Virus record (IMG/VR): IMGVR_UViG_3300045988_110420
Strand: one strand, 5' to 3'
DNA length: 37,430 nucleotides
Origin: a virus
The notes under the pieces were generated by a model that did no database searches, had not been told where the DNA came from, and worked only from the letters and a program-made list of their open reading frames with translations. Shown piece after piece: positions 29,318 to 37,371 of the stretch. How positions within the stretch are numbered: the first letter of the stretch is position 1; every line of letters begins with the position of its first letter. A program made the position numbers and the translations under genes.

Positions 29318-31126
29318 TTACTTCACGGCTGTCCGTTCCTGTGTCGTCCGCCTTGCCTTATCTGTAATATTCTGCTTACTTGTTTTCTGCGCATCCCCCA
29401 AAGGATTCACACTGGTGTCTGTCCCTTCCACATTGTTTGGCATAGGCGCTCCCACTGTTTCCTGTGTCACTGCTCCCGTCAGGTCTTTTCCTGTCAGCTT
29501 GTCTATTATTCCTGCCATCTGCACGATCTGTGCCTGCATCTGCTCCATTTGCTGCATCATGGTACCGTTCTGCGCCACCTTCCGCACAATGGCGTCTTTC
29601 CCTTCAAAGTCCATCATTTCCAGACAGATCAGCGCCTGATCCACCAGTTCCGGGTTAAACAGTCCCGCTCCATACAGCTCCTTTGCCAGTTCGTTTTGCG
29701 CAATTCTGGAAAATGGGCTGCTTTTCTGGCTTGTAATTTTGATGTCAAAAATAGGCTTTCTGCCGCCCACCTCTACACCCATGACCGTTTCCATGGGCTG
29801 TGGTTTGATGTTGCTGTTGTCGTAGGAAACAAAGGTGTCACCGCCCACACCTGTGATACGAAATTCCCGTGGCAGGTCGTAAAACTGCCGAATCAGTTCC
29901 ACCACCAAAGAAACCACTTCCACATATGCCCGGTAGCTGGCTTTGATCATGTCCCTGCTGGTCTTGCTCCCCGCTTCCTGCAGCGCGGCAATGGCAGACG
30001 CCGCCGTCACGCCGCTTGCGGTAGAACCCTGAGAAAAATCCCTGTTTGCCGATGTTTCTTTCAGTTCGTCAATCTTTAATTGATATAGATTCGTTGCAAT
30101 ACCACTGACCGGATTTACCTGTATGGGGATGATATCGTTTGGATCCCCCGTATAGTCCACAATGGAATTGGATAAATCCGCAAACTGTTTGTCATTGATG
30201 CCCGCTCCCTGTTTGCGAAAATATCTTGGCTCTGCCTGCTGCTTCACATTTTTCTCGAATGAAATCCACATGTTGTCAATACTGATCTGTGCGTCTTTCA
30301 TGATGTCCACATACCCAAACCCTGCCGGGCTGTCTTTCTCCGGGAAAAGCACATCAAACACAAAAGGATATTTCCCATGGTCATAAATGCCGTTCTCCAT
30401 GCCTTTCTCATTCTCCGAAGCATACAGCAGATTCCCCTCGCAGAATTTGATCAGATGCAGCACCAGCTTTGTTCCTGCACGTTTTTTGTAATACCAGTCA
30501 ACCACAATGGATTTTTTGGACGTATCAATGGCGCTGTCGTGGATATATTCCGCTGTGTTCAACGCCCCGTCGCCCATGAACCGCATATCAGGATAGATTT
30601 CCTGCAAAATGTCCGTATCCACCAGCGCAATGGTAAATACATTTCGGCTGTTCTGGATGTCCGAAATCCCCGGCTCCCAGAAGATGTTCAGCATGTCCAC
30701 GTCACGGATTTCAATGTCCCCCAGTCCGTTTTCCTTTTCTGCGTTCCAGAACACACCGAAAACCCCGGTACCGTTCTTCAGCTTGTCCCACCATTCGTCG
30801 TTGTATGTCTGTTCAAATCCATTCTGCTCCATGACCACCGGCACGATTTTGGATAACTGCTCCGCATCCTGTTTGTCCCGCTCCTCCCGTGGCAAAAGGT
30901 TTGCCTGTGGGTAGTTGTCCATGGCGTCTGCGTGTTTGTTGGCTAAGGAATTAAACAGCCATGCAGACGCTGTCTGTGGTCCCTTGTCCTTTCTGCGAAT
31001 CTGCTCCCAGTGCCGCATCTTGTACCATTGTTCGTTTGCAATGACCCGCTTTTCCAAGGCAGTCTTGCCATTTTTGTACTCCTGTAAAATGCTTTCGCCT
31101 TCTCTGACTTTGTTCTGATCGATCAT
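29318..31126 (-). CDS. Portal protein (602 aa)
   Basis: GAGGAGG RBS before the ATG at 31126. Size and position immediately after terL. The longer track ORF (to 31270) overlaps terL and lacks an RBS. Confidence 0.8.
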   Translation of the reverse strand: MIDQNKVREGESILQEYKNGKTALEKRVIANEQWYKMRHWEQIRRKDKGPQTASAWLFNSLANKHADAMDNYPQANLLPREERDKQDAEQLSKIVPVVMEQNGFEQTYNDEWWDKLKNGTGVFGVFWNAEKENGLGDIEIRDVDMLNIFWEPGISDIQNSRNVFTIALVDTDILQEIYPDMRFMGDGALNTAEYIHDSAIDTSKKSIVVDWYYKKRAGTKLVLHLIKFCEGNLLYASENEKGMENGIYDHGKYPFVFDVLFPEKDSPAGFGYVDIMKDAQISIDNMWISFEKNVKQQAEPRYFRKQGAGINDKQFADLSNSIVDYTGDPNDIIPIQVNPVSGIATNLYQLKIDELKETSANRDFSQGSTASGVTAASAIAALQEAGSKTSRDMIKASYRAYVEVVSLVVELIRQFYDLPREFRITGVGGDTFVSYDNSNIKPQPMETVMGVEVGGRKPIFDIKITSQKSSPFSRIAQNELAKELYGAGLFNPELVDQALICLEMMDFEGKDAIVRKVAQNGTMMQQMEQMQAQIVQMAGIIDKLTGKDLTGAVTQETVGAPMPNNVEGTDTSVNPLGDAQKTSKQNITDKARRTTQERTAVK

Positions 31127-31137
31127 ATGCTTCCTCC

Positions 31138-32583
31138 TCATAAACGGTAAAATTCGTATTTGTCGCTGTTTCTCTCCTCCGCGTAAAGATCCAGCGGGTC
31201 TTCCAGTGGAATAAACCGCTGCACCTGTCTGGGCTTTGCGATAGGCTTTGACATGAAAACATATCTGCACTCATCGTATATATGATCCTCGCCGTCTGTA
31301 TCGATGTCCTCCACCCTGCTTTCGTCATAAACAAGGTTTGGTATGGTCCGTATGAAGTGCTTGCATGTCTTGAAGCAGTAAAACATGGACTTTCCTTCCT
31401 GATCAAAAGCCAGTCGGTAATGAAACTGCATTTTCCCCGCCAGTCTGGTATTGTCCCCTTTTTCCCACAGAATGTAATATGGGTGCTGTTCCATCATGCC
31501 GGCGATGCTTTCCCCTCGGCTCTTGTCAAAGATAGACGGGTCAGCGATGCCGTATATCTCCCGGTCTTTCAATAACGGATGTGTCCGCTCCATTTCTCTG
31601 ATGTTCGCCGCAATTTCCTGTGGTGTGATCTTGATCCCCTCGTTTGGTGTCCCGGTACAGCCGTAATACTCCGCAACGCGATACATGACGCCTTTTTCAT
31701 CTACGGCATACCACCCAACGGAAAAGGGCTTCGCATACCCAAAGTCGAACCCTCGTACCACTTGCCAGTGACTTGGTATTTCAAATGGATTGATCACATG
31801 GGAAAATCTCCGGCTTTCATATCCGTCTGGATCGTCCCGCCATTCCTTGAATACCTGCCCATTGAAACTGTCCCAGTCACCGTATAATAACGCCCGCTTC
31901 TCGCTTTCCGGCAGCATTGCCAGAGATGCCAGGTATTCCGGGTTGTTTCGTAAAAGTTCCTGATTGTCAAATACAGAAGATGGAATGAATATCCGGTTCC
32001 GCTTCATTTCCAGCTGCTTCCCGTCTGGTGTTTCAATGGTGTATTTCTCCCAGATGGTCGTCTTGGGCGGTGCCGCCGTGATAAATCTTGACTTCACCCA
32101 GCCATGCCCTACACCGCCGGGGTTTCCCGTTGCCCGCATATAAACTCTGGTTCCCGGTCCTGACGGTCTGTTCCGGGAAAATAAATAGGCATATTCGTCG
32201 TATGTAAAATGTGTCAGTTCGTCAAAGCCGATAAAATCGTACCGTTTCCCCTGATATTTTATTTTGTCTTTTGCGTACTGCATGGAACCGAAATAGATCT
32301 TTGCTCCTCCTGGAAACTTCCATACGTATTTCCCCTCGTTGAATTTTGCCCCAGGAAACGCCTGTGGATATAACTCCCCGCTTCTGTCTATGAGCTCTGA
32401 CAGCTGCGGATATGTTTTTCTGATGATAAGCCCTCTGTAATGTGGAATATGTACCTGTCTTAACCCCTCCATCAAAAGGGAATCGCTTTTGCCTCCTCCG
32501 GCAGCTCCGCCGTAAAATGCTTCATACTCCCCCCGCTGCAAAAACTCAATCTGTTTCGGCTGTGGCGTCCAAATGGTCCGCAT
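31138..32583 (-). CDS. terL: Terminase large subunit
   Basis: Walker A FYGGAAGGGKSD. Walker B-like RYDFIGFDELTH. C-terminal nuclease-type acidic motifs (DFGY..., DTDGEDHIYDECRY). 481 aa. Confidence 0.9.
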   Translation of the reverse strand: MRTIWTPQPKQIEFLQRGEYEAFYGGAAGGGKSDSLLMEGLRQVHIPHYRGLIIRKTYPQLSELIDRSGELYPQAFPGAKFNEGKYVWKFPGGAKIYFGSMQYAKDKIKYQGKRYDFIGFDELTHFTYDEYAYLFSRNRPSGPGTRVYMRATGNPGGVGHGWVKSRFITAAPPKTTIWEKYTIETPDGKQLEMKRNRIFIPSSVFDNQELLRNNPEYLASLAMLPESEKRALLYGDWDSFNGQVFKEWRDDPDGYESRRFSHVINPFEIPSHWQVVRGFDFGYAKPFSVGWYAVDEKGVMYRVAEYYGCTGTPNEGIKITPQEIAANIREMERTHPLLKDREIYGIADPSIFDKSRGESIAGMMEQHPYYILWEKGDNTRLAGKMQFHYRLAFDQEGKSMFYCFKTCKHFIRTIPNLVYDESRVEDIDTDGEDHIYDECRYVFMSKPIAKPRQVQRFIPLEDPLDLYAEERNSDKYEFYRL

Positions 32584-33091
32584 CTTCCACCACCTCCAAT
32601 ACCTCCGGCAGGAAAATCACGCCGCCTGTGACCTTTTCCGCCTCTTTGATGGATCTTCTCCATTCCTTGTGTTTTTCCAGCAGCACTTTTTCCCGGATGG
32701 TAGGCAGTCCGTAAACGTCCCGCATGACATCGGCAATGTTTTTCAGTGCCACCGTCAACTCCTTGATCATTTTCACATCGCTTTCCGTCAGCGTTTTACT
32801 TTTTCCATGCTGCTCTTTCAGCTGTTCCACATCTCGACTGATGATGTCTGCCAGCTCCTCCGCTACCCCCTTCAGCTTTTCCAGTCGGGCAGCTTCCTTT
32901 TTCATGATTTTTTGTCTTGCCTTTTGGGCAGTGTTGGCGCAGAATTCCTTCTTCTTCCGGCTCCATTCTCCTTTTCGGCTCCTGTCCTTGATGGTTCGTA
33001 GTGGTATCTCGTATTTTTCGCTTAATTTTTGCAGGCTTATCTTGCCTGTAACGTATTCATTTTCTATGGCAGTCCAATCCCTCGCCTGCAT
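32546..33091 (-). CDS. terS: Terminase small subunit (181 aa)
   Basis: AGGAGG RBS before the ATG at 33091. N-terminal WTAIENEYVTGKISLQKLSEKYEIPLRTIKDRSRKGEW HTH typical of TerS. Overlaps the terL start. Confidence 0.7.
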   Translation of the reverse strand: MQARDWTAIENEYVTGKISLQKLSEKYEIPLRTIKDRSRKGEWSRKKKEFCANTAQKARQKIMKKEAARLEKLKGVAEELADIISRDVEQLKEQHGKSKTLTESDVKMIKELTVALKNIADVMRDVYGLPTIREKVLLEKHKEWRRSIKEAEKVTGGVIFLPEVLEVVEDADHLDATAETD

Positions 33092-33166
33092 GCCAAAACC
33101 CCTCCTTTGCCCCGTTTTTTCCATTTTGACATAACCTTGCACCATTTTCCCCCATGCCCAGAGCAA

Positions 33167-33204
33167 TAAAAAAAGACATCAGACTTCTGTCTGATGCCTT
33201 TTTC
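33167..33204. terminator. Strong stem-loop terminator separating the early and late regions (CATCAGAC-ttct-GTCTGATG, A7/T5 flanks)
   Basis: On the minus strand the stem is followed by T7. Confidence 0.7.
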
Positions 33205-33304
33205 CGTAAAATACAGGGGTGAGAAAAAACGTACATCCTGATTGTATCATATCTGTTTTTTCCTGTCCCCCACCCCAACAAATTACCAGCAAGTTACCAA
33301 CAAG

Positions 33305-33622
33305 TTACACCTTGTCCTTCACTGTTATACAGATCACATGCTTTTCCGGGTCTGCCTGATACTTGATTTCCTTTCCTTCCAGCATCTTTACCATGCCTTC
33401 TGTTTCCAGTTCCAGTCCTCCCATCTTTACCACTGCACATTCCAGGATCGTCCGCAGCAGGTCCGCTTCCGCCTTCATGGCTTCCCGCTCACGCCCTCTG
33501 ATCATTTCCAACTTTCCATATGATTCTTTCAGATATGCGCCGGATCTCTGCAGCCCTCTCACCCGTGCTTCCAGCCGCTTCACTTTCTGTTCTGCTTTTT
33601 TCAGTTTTTCCGCAGTTGTCAT
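33305..33622 (-). CDS. Coiled-coil protein (105 aa)
   Basis: ATG at 33622 (MTTAEKLKKAEQKVKRLEARV...) in an ATGA overlap with the upstream stop. Confidence 0.6.
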   Translation of the reverse strand: MTTAEKLKKAEQKVKRLEARVRGLQRSGAYLKESYGKLEMIRGREREAMKAEADLLRTILECAVVKMGGLELETEGMVKMLEGKEIKYQADPEKHVICITVKDKV

Positions 33623-33840
33623 TCTTCTTCTCCTCCGTAAATGTCGTTTAAATAGTCCGCATAAGGGCAGTTCATGTCTGGGAAATTCGCACAATGCGCC
33701 CGCATATACTTTGATTTTTCCACACTTGTGGTGAAAACCTGTGCATAATATCCGCTGCCGATGTTCGATTCACAAAATATGGTCGTTTGATTCTCCCGCA
33801 CAAAATACGGGCATTTCACATTGATACTGCCGTTTGGCAT
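33619..33840 (-). CDS. Small Cys-rich protein (73 aa)
   Basis: GAGGTGGTG RBS. Cys at KCPYF, FCES, HCANF, NCPY. Confidence 0.6.
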   Translation of the reverse strand: MPNGSINVKCPYFVRENQTTIFCESNIGSGYYAQVFTTSVEKSKYMRAHCANFPDMNCPYADYLNDIYGGEEE

Positions 33841-33851
33841 CTCTCACCACC

Positions 33852-34229
33852 TCACTCCAGCATCCTGATTTTTGTTTCAATTCCCATCTTTTTGTTTTCT
33901 TCCATCATATCCTCCCAGTAGACCAGCTGATCCATCAAACACTCTACTTTCTCGTTAAACCTGTTCACATATCTTGCCGCTCTCTCTTTCCCGAAACCAA
34001 ATTCATCATGGAGGGTATGTACTGCAAGGCATGTTACCGTATCAATGACGTTGTTTTTGATTTCCAGCGTTGCGCCCTCAATCTCTTTCATTGCCAGCGA
34101 AGTTTTGATTCCCGTAATGTTCCGGAACCGAATCTCTTTTTCCAGGGCTTCCAGACCGCCTTCCCGCACAATCTTCAGTGCCAGATACAGCCCGTCCTCT
34201 CTGCCGGCGTCATACTCCTTTTTCTTCAT
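33852..34229 (-). CDS. Hypothetical early protein (125 aa)
   Basis: ORF track. ATG at 34229 with a GGGGAG RBS. Confidence 0.65.
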   Translation of the reverse strand: MKKKEYDAGREDGLYLALKIVREGGLEALEKEIRFRNITGIKTSLAMKEIEGATLEIKNNVIDTVTCLAVHTLHDEFGFGKERAARYVNRFNEKVECLMDQLVYWEDMMEENKKMGIETKIRMLE

Positions 34230-34440
34230 GTTCTTTCTCCCCTTCCATCATGATTTTCACAGCTGGAATCAAAGCCAAATATCCTCTTCCATACACACTA
34301 CCCCTGTGTGTTTTTTGCACTCTCTCTGCCCACTCGTCCAATGTACCGGCAAAACATCCGCAACGGACATAGATGCCATCTGTGCACCGGAAAAAATATG
34401 TCGTACACCCTTCCCTGCCAAATCCTCCGGCAGACAACAT
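34210..34440 (-). CDS. Alternative-frame module SAGGFGREGCTTYFFRCTDGIYVRCGCFAGTLDEWAERVQKTH. Either the C-terminal part of a frameshifted gene or an overlapping small gene.
   Basis: This frame reads as a well-formed domain and ends in an overlap with the next gene start. It overlaps the 3' 172 nt of ORF 34269..34649. Confidence 0.4.
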   Translation of the reverse strand: MLSAGGFGREGCTTYFFRCTDGIYVRCGCFAGTLDEWAERVQKTHRGSVYGRGYLALIPAVKIMMEGEKEHEEKGV

Positions 34441-34649
34441 TTTTTGTAACTTTCCAAATTCACATTCGCATCCTCGTCGAAGCTGCACCGCTCGCCGAAG
34501 CTGCACCACTCGCCGAAGCTGTACCACTCGCCAAAGCTGCATCTCGCTGGAATGTTCTTGAGAGATGTATAATCTCCTTGCGGACATATCAGAACTCCGT
34601 ACTCATCTTTTTCAAATGTTTTGAAATCTTCTAATGTGTATCGTCTCAT
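34269..34649 (-). CDS. Hexapeptide-repeat protein (CSFGEW-type repeats), possibly frameshifted
   Basis: RCSFGEWYSFGEWCSFGERCSFDED. After the repeats, the rest of this frame looks less protein-like than the overlapping frame. Confidence 0.55.
   Translation of the reverse strand: MRRYTLEDFKTFEKDEYGVLICPQGDYTSLKNIPARCSFGEWYSFGEWCSFGERCSFDEDANVNLESYKKCCLPEDLAGKGVRHIFSGAQMASMSVADVLPVHWTSGQRECKKHTGVVCMEEDIWL
34479..34548 (-). repeat. 18-bp tandem repeat x about 4 (GAAGCTGCACCNCTCGCC) encoding the hexapeptide repeats
   Basis: Units at 34479, 34497 and 34515, with a degenerate unit at 34533. Confidence 0.85.
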
Positions 34650-34957
34650 GCTTCACCCTTCTTTCTTACATGCTGTAATACCTCCGGATTCGTTTCCTGC
34701 GGCAGGCTGAACCCATGTTTCATCAGCCACAACGCGCTGTCTTCCTGTTCTTTTTGCGTGATATGCCGAATTCCCAATCTTGCTCTATGCACGCTCGCCC
34801 AAAATATCATTTCGTTTTCCGAAACCGGTATCTGATACTTCTGGAAATATGCCAATAACTGTCTTCTGTCCAGCGAGCGCAGCGCCGCATCTCGCTCATG
34901 TACAAATTCCCGTATTTCCTGTATCCATTGTTTTGTATCAGTATTCTTTTTGTTCAT
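34646..34957 (-). CDS. Hypothetical early protein (103 aa)
   Basis: AAAGGAGAGG RBS. The ATG at 34957 is in an ATGA overlap with the upstream stop. Confidence 0.6.
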   Translation of the reverse strand: MNKKNTDTKQWIQEIREFVHERDAALRSLDRRQLLAYFQKYQIPVSENEMIFWASVHRARLGIRHITQKEQEDSALWLMKHGFSLPQETNPEVLQHVRKKGEA

Positions 34958-35127
34958 TCCGTTTCCTCTCCTTTCTTTCGGACACACCCGCATTTCTCCG
35001 GCTCATTCTGGCAGCTATTCTTGCATTTTGGTCTGAACCCGCAGTCCGCACAGCATACATTTCCATGGCGCCTATCGCAGTTGAACAACGTACACATCCT
35101 CGTTTTTTTCTTCTTCATCTTCCCCAT
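34954..35127 (-). CDS. Small Cys-rich protein (about 55 aa; 9 Cys)
   Basis: MCTLFNCDRRHGNVCCADCGFRPKCKNSCQNEPEKCGC. Start at 35127 or 35118. Confidence 0.5.
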   Translation of the reverse strand: MGKMKKKKTRMCTLFNCDRRHGNVCCADCGFRPKCKNSCQNEPEKCGCVRKKGEETE

Positions 35128-35438
35128 TCCTTTCCATTGCTGTTGATGAACCGCAAACATACGGCTCCCACCTGCATAAGCTCCGCTGCACATTTCATGG
35201 CATCGTTATAGATTTCTTCTGCGATCCCTGCCGCTTCTTCCTCCGCATCTTCTCTGATCTTGCCCCACATTGCTTTCATGTCTTCTCGCAGACTTTCCAT
35301 TTCTTCCTGAGCTTCTTCCACTTCTTCCAGCAAAACGCTGTATCCTTCATGGGCGCTGTGGAACACTCTCCACTTTGCTAAGATTTTCTCGTATTCCGCT
35401 TCCGCAGCAGCTTCCATTTTTTCTAATATTTTATACAT
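35115..35438 (-). CDS. Acidic helical protein (107 aa)
   Basis: ORF track. FHSAHEGYSVLLEEVEEAQEE is faintly reminiscent of all-alpha NTP pyrophosphohydrolases. Not asserted. Confidence 0.6.
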   Translation of the reverse strand: MYKILEKMEAAAEAEYEKILAKWRVFHSAHEGYSVLLEEVEEAQEEMESLREDMKAMWGKIREDAEEEAAGIAEEIYNDAMKCAAELMQVGAVCLRFINSNGKEWGR

Positions 35439-35456
35439 GCTTTCCCCTCCTCAAAA

Positions 35457-35861
35457 TTAAAACGGCAGATCATCATCCTCGATATCGTCTATGGGATAAA
35501 ACCCATCTTCTGCCGGTTCTCTCCTTGGCTCCTGGTTCTCGTTTTTGCTTCCCGCAAAGTGCTGTTCCTCCACCACCACTTCCGTACTCCATCTTTTGTT
35601 TCCGTCCTTGTCCGTCCAATTCCGTACCTGCAGCCGCCCAACGATTCCAACCATCTGTCCTTTGGAAAAATATTTCTCCGCAAAGGTGGCAGACTTCCCG
35701 AATGTGACACATGAGATAAAATCCGCTTCCGCTTCGCCTTCCTTCTTCCATCTTCGGTTGACTGCCAGCGTATACCGCCCTACTGCAACCGGATTTTCTC
35801 CTTCGGCATACCGTATCTCTGGATTTTTGGTCAGCCTGCCCATCAATACCACTTTATTCAT
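35457..35861 (-). CDS. ssb: Single-stranded DNA-binding protein
   Basis: MNKVVLMGRLTKNPEIRY...FISCVTFGKSAEFAEKYFSKGQMVGIVGRLQVRNW OB-fold signature and the acidic C-terminal tip DDIEDDDLPF. Confidence 0.95.
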   Translation of the reverse strand: MNKVVLMGRLTKNPEIRYAEGENPVAVGRYTLAVNRRWKKEGEAEADFISCVTFGKSATFAEKYFSKGQMVGIVGRLQVRNWTDKDGNKRWSTEVVVEEQHFAGSKNENQEPRREPAEDGFYPIDDIEDDDLPF

Positions 35862-36079
35862 CTCTGCTTCTTCCTCCTTATGTAATTCCGCACTGCTGCC
35901 TTTTTCCGCTCATCCGCTTCATGTTCTGATTTTCTTTCCTTCCACATTTCCGCTTTCAGCTTTTTCTGTTCGGCATCCCAGTTTTTGTACTGGTCACAGC
36001 TTCCATGGCATTTTTCATGCCGCTTTCGGCAGTCCTTACAGGGGCAGATCAATGTTTTCAAATGGGGTCGTATCACCAT
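35858..36079 (-). CDS. Small Cys-rich basic protein (73 aa)
   Basis: CPCKDCRKRHEKCHGSCDQY. Start at ATG 36079 or GTG 36088. ATGA overlap with ssb. Confidence 0.55.
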   Translation of the reverse strand: MVIRPHLKTLICPCKDCRKRHEKCHGSCDQYKNWDAEQKKLKAEMWKERKSEHEADERKKAAVRNYIRRKKQR

Positions 36080-36084
36080 ATTCT

Positions 36085-36264
36085 TCACCCTTCCGTTTTC
36101 CGCAGTGCTTCCACTGCCATTCGTGCATATTCTTTCTTCCGCTGGATATTTTCTATTTCCGCTTCACTGCGTCCCTGCCATTTTGCCTTGTTTGCCTGGT
36201 AGTCATGTTTCTTTTCCAGCTTTTCAAAATAAGCAATGGCATCCGCATATAATGGCTTCTGCAT
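36085..36264 (-). CDS. Possible 59-aa protein (MQKPLYADAIAYFEKLEKKHDYQANKAKWQGRSEAEIENIQRKKEYARMAVEALRKTEG)
   Basis: Just under the ORF-track cutoff. GGAGATAAAC RBS before the ATG at 36264. The stop overlaps the next gene start and the ORF fills an otherwise empty gap. Confidence 0.45.
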   Translation of the reverse strand: MQKPLYADAIAYFEKLEKKHDYQANKAKWQGRSEAEIENIQRKKEYARMAVEALRKTEG

Positions 36265-36317
36265 GTTTATCTCCTTTCATATACCTTTTTCCTTTTTCTT
36301 GACCTCACGAAAATGCT

Positions 36318-36575
36318 CTATGCATCCTCCCCGTACTTTTCCTCGTATTCCTCCTGAGAAATAAACCGGCAGTCCTTTTCCTCCACAAACATTCCCAATC
36401 CTGTGAACCACAGAACATCTTTGATGGTCACTTTCTGTCTGATTTCCTCCATTTTTTCTTCGTACTCATCCTCTGGCACCATGTTTCCGCCAATGCTCAA
36501 ACCCGCTGCATCTGGATTCCCGTTTTCATCCTCCGCAAGCCCCATGATTTCCACATAGATTTTCAATTCTTTCAT
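36318..36575 (-). CDS. Hypothetical acidic protein (85 aa)
   Basis: AGGAGGAG RBS before the ATG at 36575. Confidence 0.6.
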   Translation of the reverse strand: MKELKIYVEIMGLAEDENGNPDAAGLSIGGNMVPEDEYEEKMEEIRQKVTIKDVLWFTGLGMFVEEKDCRFISQEEYEEKYGEDA

Positions 36576-36585
36576 ACCGCTCCTC

Positions 36586-36936
36586 CTAATTTTCCAGATC
36601 AATCGCTTCACCTATACAGTATGTCGCTCTCTTTTCTGCTGCCCTGTTGAACGCTTCCACAAATGCCTTTGTTTCTTTTTCTTCGATCAGTTCATAATAC
36701 ATATCATCTTCCCAATCTTCGTACTGATCATTTCCAAGCATTTCCGTCAACCTGGTGATCAATTCTCTTTCATTGATCTGTACGGTATCTTTTACGGCTG
36801 TGTAAAATTCCAATGAAAATCCTTCGTTATAGGCAATGCAGCTTTCGATTTCCCCTGCATCAATGACCTCTGTCATTCCTTCTTTGTATTTGACAATAAC
36901 TTTCTCGTCATCCTTTAACTCGCATAATTTCTTCAT
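36586..36936 (-). CDS. Hypothetical acidic protein (116 aa)
   Basis: GAGGTGAGG RBS before the ATG at 36936. Confidence 0.6.
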   Translation of the reverse strand: MKKLCELKDDEKVIVKYKEGMTEVIDAGEIESCIAYNEGFSLEFYTAVKDTVQINERELITRLTEMLGNDQYEDWEDDMYYELIEEKETKAFVEAFNRAAEKRATYCIGEAIDLEN

Positions 36937-36966
36937 TTTCCTCACCTCGAGAAATTATTTTCTTTT

Positions 36967-37371
36967 TCAATCCATTCCCTTTAATCTGATGGATGGCAGA
37001 TCCATCTTCGCTCCGCATTTTTTACAATAGTCGTATTCTGCTATCTCACCAAATCCGCAGTTACTACACTCTGCCCATGCCCCTTGGCATGTCGTAAACC
37101 CATCTTCTTTCAAATCATGCCAAATCCATCTCCCATGGATGACCGGAAAACAATCCGCTTCCATTGTCACTTCAAATTCATTTTTTAACCAATCAAATAC
37201 ATAGTGCCGGTTGTAGCTTCCAAAACCATTCATCCATTCTTTTTTCTCCGTATCGTAGTACGCGATAGAATAATATGGATAGTCATTCTTTCCCTCTACT
37301 ATGATTTTTGCATATGGTGTTTTTATCTTTTCTTTTTTTTTGCTTTCAACCGCTTTTCTTGTTTTTCCCAT
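36967..37371 (-). CDS. Hypothetical protein with C-terminal zinc ribbon (134 aa)
   Basis: CSNCGF...YCKKCGAKM at the C-terminus. The start lies inside the terminal repeat and abuts the stop of ORF 43..375 across the circular junction. Confidence 0.6.
   Translation of the reverse strand: MGKTRKAVESKKKEKIKTPYAKIIVEGKNDYPYYSIAYYDTEKKEWMNGFGSYNRHYVFDWLKNEFEVTMEADCFPVIHGRWIWHDLKEDGFTTCQGAWAECSNCGFGEIAEYDYCKKCGAKMDLPSIRLKGMD

Noticed and set aside
26841-30079. Plus-strand ORFs of 394 aa (26841-28025) and 368 aa (28973-30079)
   Set aside because: They are antisense to the capsid, scaffold and portal genes. Their composition is Cys/Phe/His-rich and non-protein-like, and they lack RBSs.
31126-31406. 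Longer portal start (31270) and a 151-aa ORF (30951-31406) overlapping the terL 3' end
   Set aside because: Both lie inside terL in other frames. The GAGGAGG RBS and ATG at 31126, right after the terL stop, give the canonical arrangement.
34385-34445. Programmed -1 ribosomal frameshift at the A6 (34436-34441) or T6 (34388-34393) runs
   Set aside because: Neither run forms an X XXY YYZ heptamer in the upstream reading frame. The frame junction suggested by the peptide patterns may lie upstream of both. I kept it as an unexplained frame split rather than a recoding signal.
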